Shown in pieces: positions 49,782 to 59,400 of a stretch of 64,000 bases of DNA. Positions within the stretch are counted from its first letter, which is position 1. Every line of letters begins with the position of its first letter. The notes beneath the pieces are model-generated. The model worked only from the letters and a program-made list of their open reading frames with translations, did not search any database and was not told the DNA's origin. The stretch is taken from positions 1-64,000 of the forward strand of contig CAZALK010000016.1 of NCBI GenBank assembly GCA_964486045.1, read 5' to 3'. The position numbers and the translations under genes are program-made. This DNA is from an uncultured archaeon. Lineage in GTDB: Archaea > Asgardarchaeota > Lokiarchaeia > Sigyniarchaeales > SOKP01.

Positions 49782-50639
49782 TTACCATTTATCATATTTT
49801 GACTCTCTTTTTTCGAGGGTCGCAAAAACGCCTTCAAGTGCATCTTCTGCCTGAATACAAATGACTTGAGTTCTATTTTCCAGTTTTGTAGCAGAATTGA
49901 GCGAGGGAGCGTCTACATTCATATTTAGAGCATCTTTCGTGAATCTTACACCGATTGGACTTTTTCTTAAAATCTGTTTTGCTATGTTAAGTGCTTCATT
50001 TAGGACTTCATTATCAGGTACGACTTTGGATACAAAACCAATTTTATCCGCCTCTTGAGCATTCCAAACTCTTCCTGTATACATAAATTCTGCTGCTCTT
50101 GAGAATCCAATGAGTCTGGGTAGCCAATAAGAGCTTCCACAATCGGCACCTGAAAGTCCAATGTTAATATATGCATTACAAAATTTAGCACTTTCTCCCG
50201 CAATCCTAATATCGGATGCTAAAGCAAACGAAAGACCTCCCCCATATGCTGCTCCTTTTATTGCTGCGATTACCGGTTGAGGGATTATCCTTAGAGTTAC
50301 CATCAATTGAGATATTAATTTCTGTACTATTACAGCTCTTTTAACCTTATCTTTATTTTGAAGGTATTCGAATTTCTGGAGTTCTTCTGGTACTCTTTTT
50401 TTAAAGATAATTTGACTATCTTTTAAATCCAGCCCAGAACAAAATGCTCTACCTTCACCAGTTAATACTACTACCCGTATATTAAGGTTGTTTTCTAAAG
50501 TGTTAAGATAATTTTGCAAATCTTCAACAAATTGGAAATTAATTGCATTTAACCTATCTGGTCGGTTAAAACTTATAATGGAAATACCATCTTCCCTTTC
50601 TTGAACATTTATAGTCTCATATTCTGTTATTTTACACAC
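49782..50639 (-). CDS. Enoyl-CoA hydratase/isomerase
   Basis: NRPDRLNA, AFCSGLDL, PVIAAIKGAAYGGG, ASDIR. Confidence 0.95.
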   Translation of the reverse strand: MCKITEYETINVQEREDGISIISFNRPDRLNAINFQFVEDLQNYLNTLENNLNIRVVVLTGEGRAFCSGLDLKDSQIIFKKRVPEELQKFEYLQNKDKVKRAVIVQKLISQLMVTLRIIPQPVIAAIKGAAYGGGLSFALASDIRIAGESAKFCNAYINIGLSGADCGSSYWLPRLIGFSRAAEFMYTGRVWNAQEADKIGFVSKVVPDNEVLNEALNIAKQILRKSPIGVRFTKDALNMNVDAPSLNSATKLENRTQVICIQAEDALEGVFATLEKRESKYDKW

Positions 50640-50818
50640 CAGTTATGTATTAAATTTAACTTTTAATTTTGTTTTAATTTAGTTTTATAGTTTGCTTTTA
50701 TTAATATTTACCTCATAAATCTTCTGCTGAACAAGCAAAATGAATTCTATAAGTTTAAAATAAGGGAGTTTCATAACATAATAAGAAAAATTCCTTTTTA
50801 CAGAAGTCTTGAGAAGAA

Positions 50819-51751
50819 ATGTTTGAATATCACGAATTTATGGTTTTTGAGGTTGGAGACTCTGGGGATAAAAATCAGATAAATATTGAGAAGGAAGAAT
50901 TAAATTTTTATCTACATCCTGAAAAAGCCTTGATAATTGTCAGAGAAGATTTAAGAAGAATTTATCTCTGGAAAGGAGCAAGATCTAATGTTCGAAAACG
51001 ATTTTTAGGTTCTCGAACTGCTACAGAAATACAGGGTGAAATAATGAAACAAGGATATCATAGATGTAAAGTAATATCGGTTGATCAGGGAGATGAAGTC
51101 GAAGAATTTTTAAATGTTTTTGGTTTAGAATCAATGAAAGTATCCGAAAAGCTTGAAGATAAAGTGATTCTTCGGAATAGTGAGCGAGATCGTTTAGAGC
51201 AGCAAAAAATACTTGATACAAAAATCGAGACATCTGAATCTTCGAAACTCGATGAGATTAAGAAGTTTTTAGACGGTGATGAAAGCATGATTTGGATTAA
51301 AAGTACTACATTGAAGATAACGAAGGATTGGCTAAATTCACTAGTAAAAAATAAAAAATATAAAAATAGAATGAAAAAATTAGGAAAGTTAGATGATATA
51401 GGAGAGGAAACATTTGAGAAAAGAGAAGTAATAACGAATAAAAGACTTCTCACTAACAATAAGATCAATGAATTTTATGATTTTTCGGGGATATCGGAGA
51501 GTAATTTCCAATTACAGGGAAATGTCGCCGCTTTAAACTTGAAAGGGCTTAGAGCTTTCGATATAGAGGAATCGAAAGGGATATACAATATTTGGTTTCA
51601 TGCTGAACCAGAAAATGAAGGTGATTACGCGTTTCTTTTTGAAGGTCTTACAACCGAAGAATATTATAAAATTATTAATATTTTTACAACCTCATATATA
51701 GCAGAGATACCAAAACAAGCGGGAAAATTAACGTATATTCAGAAAAGTTAA
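50819..51751 (+). CDS. Gelsolin-domain protein with C-terminal PH-like domain
   Basis: IYLWKGARS.VRKRF.G...A..I, VDQGDEVEEFL; C-terminal VITNKRLL beta-rich domain ending in a helix. Confidence 0.75.
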   Translation: MFEYHEFMVFEVGDSGDKNQINIEKEELNFYLHPEKALIIVREDLRRIYLWKGARSNVRKRFLGSRTATEIQGEIMKQGYHRCKVISVDQGDEVEEFLNVFGLESMKVSEKLEDKVILRNSERDRLEQQKILDTKIETSESSKLDEIKKFLDGDESMIWIKSTTLKITKDWLNSLVKNKKYKNRMKKLGKLDDIGEETFEKREVITNKRLLTNNKINEFYDFSGISESNFQLQGNVAALNLKGLRAFDIEESKGIYNIWFHAEPENEGDYAFLFEGLTTEEYYKIINIFTTSYIAEIPKQAGKLTYIQKS

Positions 51752-51895
51752 TTTTAACAGAGTTAATATTAGTTCATAATGAAGAACCGTGAATAGATTT
51801 TTGATTTAAAACTCAATAAACAAATTTAACAAACAAAATCAATTAAATTGATTTACTATCATTATTTACATTCTTAATTTTCCGTTGATTAATTG

Positions 51896-52735
51896 TTAAT
51901 TATTTTGCTCATCCATTTGTTTTATTTCTTTTGAGACCTTTTTAAAACTTCTTATCAATTTCATTATCGAAAATCCTCTAAAAGACTTACCATTATCTTT
52001 ACATGTAGGTAACGCATATGGGATGACAGTACTACAACTTTTTTCAACATCAGTCATCACGTATTTTCTAAGTATTTCCAATTCACGGTTGTACGTTTCC
52101 TTGTCCTTCCAAGCTTCAATAACATTGGAATTTTTACTTAAATTTGTGTCAATCATACCTGGGTTAAATATGTTTATTTTTATATTGTTTTCGTCTTTTT
52201 CAAATTCCTTTGCCAAGCACTTAGAAAACGCAAGAACCCCTCCTTTAGATGCTGAATATATCGTCATATGTTCTATTGGCCTGTCAGCACCTCCACCAGA
52301 GAGTGTAATTATCCTACCGTATCCTTGGCTGATCATGTGAGGCAATACAGTTGCTACTGAATTAATGATTCCAATTAAATTAATTCCAATGACAGCTTTA
52401 GCATCAACATTCACTTTTTCTAATGGGATATATTCAAAGGGACCATATGTTAGGTTAATACCTGCATTAGCTACTAAAATCCGAATTGAACCGAAAGAGT
52501 TAACAGTTTTATCAACGAGTGATTTTACAGAATCGGGATCTGAAACATCACAGGTCATACCAATAACTGAATCCCCAAACTCTTCTTTGAATTCTGAAAG
52601 AGTTTGGTTTACACTATCTTCATTTCGGGAGCAAATCATAACCTTACATCCTTCTCTTAGGAATAATTCTGCTGTTTTTTTCCCAATACCACTCGTGGAA
52701 CCCGTTATAAGCGCGGTTTCGTTTTTCATTCTCAC
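51896..52735 (-). CDS. Short-chain dehydrogenase/reductase
   Basis: TGSTSGIG, ANAG, YSASK, PGMIDT. Confidence 0.95.
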   Translation of the reverse strand: MRMKNETALITGSTSGIGKKTAELFLREGCKVMICSRNEDSVNQTLSEFKEEFGDSVIGMTCDVSDPDSVKSLVDKTVNSFGSIRILVANAGINLTYGPFEYIPLEKVNVDAKAVIGINLIGIINSVATVLPHMISQGYGRIITLSGGGADRPIEHMTIYSASKGGVLAFSKCLAKEFEKDENNIKINIFNPGMIDTNLSKNSNVIEAWKDKETYNRELEILRKYVMTDVEKSCSTVIPYALPTCKDNGKSFRGFSIMKLIRSFKKVSKEIKQMDEQNN

Positions 52736-52863
52736 TTTTCAATCACTTTTTCTCAAAATTCTTTTAATTAGTTTAGTTATCTAAATAATCTAAATGTTTT
52801 AGTATAAAAATGAAAATTAATTACTTAATCCAACAATCTAAAAAAATCATTAGATGATAAGAA

Positions 52864-53463
52864 ATGATAAAAAATAAGATACGTCCTGGTTCATATTTAT
52901 TTCCTACTCCTACTGTACTCATAGGAGCAAATGTAAACGGTAAGGCTAATTTTAATGCGATAGGATGGGTGAGCGGTCTTGAATTTGGCCCTCCTTTGAT
53001 ATCGATTTCGTCAAATCAACAACATCATAATAATGTTGGAATAAAAGAAAATCAGACTTTTAGTGTTAACACACCTTCAGCTGATATGGTTGAAATTACC
53101 GATTATTGTGGAATACAATCAGGGAAAAGAGAGGATAAATCGGAGATTTTTGATGTATTTTATGGTGAATTGAAAACAGCCCCTATGATTAAAGAAGCCC
53201 CCCTAAACTTGGAATGCAAAGTGATTCATACTGTTGATACTAGTGAAATTGCCAACGCGAAGAATGGTCATGATATTTTCATTGGAGAAGTAGTACAAGC
53301 CTATTCTGAAGAAAAATATTTAACAAATGGAACACCAGATATAGAAAAAATTCAACCACTGGTATTATCAGGTTCAAGGGGTAAATATAGATATTACAAA
53401 ATTGGTGAAGAACTCGGAACAGCTTGGAATATCGGACTTAACTATAAAAAGAATAAGAAATAA
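52864..53463 (+). CDS. Flavin reductase/flavoredoxin family protein
   Basis: FSVN, DYCGIQSG, APMIKEAPLNLEC, HDIFIGEV. Confidence 0.93.
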   Translation: MIKNKIRPGSYLFPTPTVLIGANVNGKANFNAIGWVSGLEFGPPLISISSNQQHHNNVGIKENQTFSVNTPSADMVEITDYCGIQSGKREDKSEIFDVFYGELKTAPMIKEAPLNLECKVIHTVDTSEIANAKNGHDIFIGEVVQAYSEEKYLTNGTPDIEKIQPLVLSGSRGKYRYYKIGEELGTAWNIGLNYKKNKK

Positions 53464-53543
53464 TTCACCACCTATTTTTAATTTATCAGTTGGTGTCTAG
53501 AAAGCATGAAATAATTCAGGTGATAATCAAAATCTGATTTAAT

Positions 53544-54137
53544 ATGGCAGGACTTACTCTTACTACAGCAGAATTTAATACTATAATCACAATGTTAGGT
53601 TGTTTGTGTGCAACAGTTCAGACCGTAACAGGAATGTACGCCGCATATTATAAGAAAAAAATTTCTTTACTAAAGACAAACGACAAATTATTTAGAACTC
53701 ATAGGGCTTTTGGTAGTTTCGCAACTATATTCTATTTTCTTGGACTATTTGCGGGAACTATTGGTTTTATAGGTGGAATATTTTTCGGAGACCCACCATT
53801 TGAAGTCCAAAGCTATAGCTACAATTTTCATGTATAGCCTAGCTTTGCGGTTGCAGTAATTATTATATGGAAAACATATATTTCATACTTCAAAAAACCC
53901 TCAATATACAAAAAAGGTAAATGGTTAGGAGTTGCTACTTTTACCGCTTGGTCTTACACTTGGATTAGTGCTTCAATATCTTATTATTTAAGAACATTAC
54001 CCTCCAATCCTCAACATCCCCCTCCTACCTTTTTATTACCATTTGAATTATTATGGCTTCAAATTCTCATTCCTTTTCTACTAGGAATTTTAATAGGTTT
54101 TTTCTTAGTACGATCACCAGATAAGTTAGAGAAATGA
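53544..54137 (+). pseudogene. Multi-TM membrane protein (His-containing, cytochrome b-like) interrupted by one in-frame TAG
   Basis: Frame stays open and hydrophobic for 99 codons after TAG 53835-53837, up to TGA 54135-54137. Confidence 0.75.
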
Positions 54138-54202
54138 ATAAAATATGATTTAAATTGATAAGTTTTTAATAAAAAAAAAAAAATTCAAATTAAAAAAATA
54201 GA

Positions 54203-55240
54203 TTAGATTGCGTATCTTTGACTAATATTGGTTTGAAATTGAATTTCCGAATGCGATTCCTCTTGATATCCCCCTCTTTTTGAAACCAAATAGAATTGAA
54301 CTAAATTTTCCTCATGAACTAAGGTAATTCCCCGCCATTTATTATCTTTAGATGTAAATTCAACAACATTTCCAAGACCAGCTCCTTCTCTTGTAGTGTA
54401 TTCTAAAGATAATTCATGCAATAATTGTAGAAATACATCATGAGAATCGGATGTTTCATTTTTACGAGGTTCGTCCTTAAATCTTAAAGCTTCAATTGAA
54501 AAAGCTTTAAGGATATCTTTGCTCATAGTCTTCCATGCAATTGGATTTGCATAAAATTCGATTCCAATAAATTCACCATTAATGAACACTGCTACCCCAC
54601 ATTGATTATTTACATTCTCGAAGTTTTTAATCATCTTATCCGTTTGTTTTTCAGTGTTTTTAGTCATTTCAAGATAACTTTGAGTCGGAGCAACACCAGC
54701 GGCATATTTCATTTCTGATCTGTGAGCCTGGATTTCCCCCCAGACTGCACCTTGACCAGCCGCAGACATAGACTCAAAAGCAACATTAGGATGCAACCTC
54801 ATATTTGTGGATTTAAATCCACGCTTCCCTGTGTAATCCCATCTTGATTGCTCTATACATTTAGCAGGGATACTATATTTTTGACTTCCGGTTTCATATT
54901 TATCTTTGAATACATTTTGTTTTCCCCCCACTGGCAATAATATCGGTTCCCAAATTGTTCTATCTTGTTTTCCACCATGAACTGTCATTCCGAATGGTAT
55001 TAGTACTTGTTTATCACTCTTATTTACGACTTCTAATTGGTTTACTGTTTCCGTTTCTACAATCTCAATTAATTCCAATTCTTCGGCTTCTTTTATGGTT
55101 ATAAACTCAATAAATTTATCATCATGAACAATGATAGGGATAAGTGTTATATTCTCATAAACTTGAGGTGTGCCTAAATTAAGAAAATTTAAGGGATTCT
55201 CAAATACTGATTTTACAACTTGAATACTTTTATCTTTCAT
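54203..55240 (-). CDS. ARPP-1/DUF6569-like domain protein
   Basis: VNQLEVVNKS...GGKQDR...IPAKCIEQSRW...QGAVW. Confidence 0.75.
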   Translation of the reverse strand: MKDKSIQVVKSVFENPLNFLNLGTPQVYENITLIPIIVHDDKFIEFITIKEAEELELIEIVETETVNQLEVVNKSDKQVLIPFGMTVHGGKQDRTIWEPILLPVGGKQNVFKDKYETGSQKYSIPAKCIEQSRWDYTGKRGFKSTNMRLHPNVAFESMSAAGQGAVWGEIQAHRSEMKYAAGVAPTQSYLEMTKNTEKQTDKMIKNFENVNNQCGVAVFINGEFIGIEFYANPIAWKTMSKDILKAFSIEALRFKDEPRKNETSDSHDVFLQLLHELSLEYTTREGAGLGNVVEFTSKDNKWRGITLVHEENLVQFYLVSKRGGYQEESHSEIQFQTNISQRYAI

Positions 55241-55244
55241 ATTT

Positions 55245-55655
55245 TTATTCCTCCTTTTTGTTTTTTTTTATATCTTCTTCTTTCTCTCCACTTTCTTCTT
55301 CATAAAGTGGATCAATATATTGATTTACTACATTTTTACCATTTTTTGTAAGCTCAACCCCATAAGAAACTTGGATTTTCCCTCCTGCCCCAATTCCATT
55401 AATTCTTGTTCCTCTTTCTTTAGGTATTTCTTCTTCTGACAATTCTTCAGTATGAGATTTGATAAGCCCTCCTTTTTTGAGAGCATTTAAATGATAATTT
55501 AGACTCTGTTTTTGGATACCAATATTTTCTGCAATCTTTTTAGGCCTTTGAGGACTTTCTGAGAGTTCCCTCATTATATCTGCTCTTACTGGGTTTCTAA
55601 ACACAATACCAACCTTCTCAAATATAGCTTTCTTCTTTTTTTTTTTCTTTGTCAT
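55245..55655 (-). CDS. ArsR-like winged-helix regulator
   Basis: NPVRADIMREL, QSLNYHLNALKKGGLI; 4 nt upstream of the ARPP-1 gene. Confidence 0.88.
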   Translation of the reverse strand: MTKKKKKKKAIFEKVGIVFRNPVRADIMRELSESPQRPKKIAENIGIQKQSLNYHLNALKKGGLIKSHTEELSEEEIPKERGTRINGIGAGGKIQVSYGVELTKNGKNVVNQYIDPLYEEESGEKEEDIKKNKKEE

Positions 55656-56416
55656 TATTAATCAAGTCAAGATTCTTTTTATGGTAAAAACTCTTTTTAC
55701 TGTAAGAAAAATAAAATCATTTTCTTATTTAAATGTTTGTGTTGAATTTAATATAATTTGGTTTGAACTGTCCGTGTGAATCCGCAAGATTTACCATCTC
55801 GCTAATAAAAGTTTTACATGACTCAATTAATGTTGTAAAGGCCGATTCAATGTTATTGCTATATTTGGGAAATCTAAAGATATTGTTAATATTTGTTCTA
55901 ATGATTTTTGAAAGTACATCTACATCACCCATTTCAGTTTTTTAGGTTTACCCCTTCTCATAACTTTCTTTATTTTATGGCGCAATAGCATTGTTTTGAA
56001 AAAACTTTCTAAAATATTTCTACGTTCACCAAAGGCATTATTAAAATCTCTTTTTGAGATAAGAAAACCACTTTAGCGAAGATTTTATCTTTAAAAATTA
56101 ATTTAGTAGTCTAATTTATAATTAGGTTCCTTGATAAAATAAGAATATTGGTTTTAGCCCACTATATTGACCAATCTATTCTTTTTATCTCAATAATTAA
56201 TTTATTTCATCGCTGAATTCTAGAGCCTATATATTATTCCCCCATCTATGTCGATCTAATCAAATTTTAAGGCACATTTCAATTATTAGATAGATTATTT
56301 TTGCCAAATAAGCCGCAAATATATATATTATTATACTTTATTGTTATTTTAATTTCGATTTTTTTAAACAATTCGAAATTCAAAAAATAAAATTTAACAA
56401 AAAAAAAGTGTAAAAA

Positions 56417-59400
56417 ATGTTTAAGATGAAAAAAAAATCGATTAAAATTAGTGCATTGCTTTTTTTCGGATTACTTTTTCTTTCAAATGTCTACGGGGTA
56501 ATTGGTGCGATTCCTTCTGAATCATCAGAGGAAACTAATAGTAGTGCAGAAGAACTTATAGATACAGAAGTACCAATCTATGATGATAATACAAACGTTG
56601 TTGCTGGGTTAGAACCAATAGATTTTACTGGAGAGGAATTTAGTGAACCCGTTAACTATGATCGGGACGCTATAGAATGGCGTCCGATTGAAGAATCTTT
56701 GAGAAATTATGAATTCAATTCTGAAGTTGCTGGAGCATCTATAGCAACTGCTTCCTATAATGTCGCTACAGGAGTAGAAACAATAAAAGATCCTCAATTT
56801 TTCCCATCAGCAGAAGTTATGCCTGATCTTTCTTTTGTTGAGCCCTATGCAGGACTTCTAGCTGGTGAAAATGGAGCTGAAGCTGTTATTGGCGCAGACG
56901 ATAGATTGTGGAGGACTGATAATGATGTTTATCCTTGGAGAACAGTTGTTAAAATCTACACCTCTGCAGCAGACGGTACTAATTGGATTGGCTCTGGTGC
57001 AATGATTGATAATTATCATGTACTTACAGCGGGGCATGTTGCCTTTCTACCAGATAATGGTGGTTGGGCAAGCCAGTTAGAAATTGTTCCAGGAATGGAT
57101 ACATCTGATACTCCTCCTGATCCATACGGTCATGCTTATGCCACTCTTATGCGATCATACACTGGATGGACAGTTAGTGAAAGTTCACAACATGATTGGG
57201 CAGTAATTACTCTTGATCGTAATGTTGGTATGTATACAGGCTGGATGGGTCGTACAACCGCTGGTTCTTCAAGTTCGATTTATTCAGGTACAATGAATGT
57301 AGCAGGATATCCAGGTGATTTATTCGGTGGAAATCGAATGTATTGGGATGCCGATGCTGGAGATGGTGCTACCTCAAATAATCACTATTACTGGGCAGAC
57401 ACTGCAGGCGGTATGAGTGGTGGTCCGGTATGGAGATATGTAAGTGGTAGTCGTTATATTATGTCAGTACATGCGTATGGGCGTGGTGGAACTGATTCTA
57501 ACTTTGGAACTCGATTAAACAATGACAAATACGATAGAATTTTTACTTGGTTAGGAGCGGATTCAGCTCCTACTGATAAAGCAGATTTAGTCGATAGGGG
57601 TTCTGCCTATGATTTAATCACATCAGGAACTTGGACTGCTAGTGTTACAACTGTTACCTTAACTAATGGAATAAGGAATGTAGGTACTGCATCTTCAGGT
57701 ACTTATAACGTCCACTATTATGCTTCAACCAATGATTATATCTCAACATTTGATTATTATATAGGAACAAGTACTTCAGAATCAACTGGAGCATTCGGCA
57801 CGGATAGCGCAACATTTACTGGAACTCTTCCTGCAAATATTCCAGCTGGTGTCTATTACATCGGATGGATTATAGATAATGATGATACTGTTGATGAGTT
57901 TGATGAAACGAATAATAGAGCAGTTTATGCTTCTCAACGTACAATATTAGGCGCACCACCGCCTTCAGGATATATTGAAGTGACGGTAAGAGATAGCGTT
58001 ACATCGAGTCTCATTTCTTCTGCCTTTGTATCAGTTAAGGATAATACTGATACAGTTATTGATACTGGATGGACTGACGGTTCTGGTTTCTACAATATTA
58101 CAGGATTAGATATCGGATGGCACACTATTGACGTTTCTAAGGTGGGCTATTATGATCAACAAAAAGTCGACTATATAAACTGGGATGGTGACGATGACTA
58201 TCTCACGTTTTATATGGTAGAAATGCCGCCCGATAGCAGCTATATCGAAGTAATTGTTAGAGATTCCGTTACTTCTAGCCTTATCCCTTCTGCTTATGTG
58301 CAAGTCACGAATATGTCTTCGGGATTAGTAATCGACACGGGATATACTAATGGTGCTGGTTTCTATAATGCTACAGGGTTGTTTATAGGTTGGTATGAAA
58401 TATCAGTATCTAAAACTGGTTATAAAGACCAGACAAAGCAGAATTACATAAATTGGAACGGAGACGATGATTATCTCTGGTTTTATCTAGATAAAATGCC
58501 TATTAATAGCGGATACATTGAAGTAAGAACTTACAATGAAACAGGAGGAGTATTGTCAGGTGTTCTTGTAAGAGCATGGAACAATTCTGGTGCGACCTTG
58601 GTTAGTCAAGGATTTACTAATATCAATGGCACTTACAACATTACTGGCTTAGTTATCGGATGGTATGAGGTCAATGTGACATATCTAGCATATCAAGAAC
58701 AGTCTAAATCAGATTATATTAACTGGAATGGAGATGATGACTATTTATCTTTTTGGATGGTTCCGAACCCTCCTGATAGTGGATATATAGAAGTAAATGT
58801 GTATGACAGCGCATCATTTCTTCCAATATCTTGGGCGACAATCGAGGTTACCAATCAATCGTCTGGTTTGCTAATCCAAACAGGTTTTACTGACCCTTCA
58901 GGATTTTATAAAGTCGTGAACTTAACTATCGGTTGGTACACCGTTGAAATTAAGAAAGTAGGTTATCAATCTCAATCAAAACAAACTTATATAAATTGGG
59001 CAGGAGATGATGATTATCTCACTTTCTACATGGTAGAATTGCCACCAGATAGTGGATATATTGAAGTAACAGTAAAAGATGATGATACACTAGCACCGAT
59101 TCAAAACGTACTTGTAACTACTTATTATTCAAACGGAACCTACTTTAGCAGTGGATGGACTGATAGTCTTGGATTTTATAATGTAACTGGATTGTATATT
59201 GGCTGGTATGAGGTCGTAGTAACACATTCAAATTACGGAGGAGATTCTATAATGGATTACATTAATTGGAATGGAGACGATGACTATCTTAATTTCTATC
59301 TGGTAATAAAACCACCAGGATGGATCGAAGTGAGTGTGTATGATAGTAGATCATATATTCCGATTTCTAATGCATTAGTACGGTGTTATAATACAACAAG

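Noticed and set aside
55729-56100. Short ORFs upstream of the ArsR-like gene
   Set aside because: Possibly a decayed gene, but no recognisable motif supports a call
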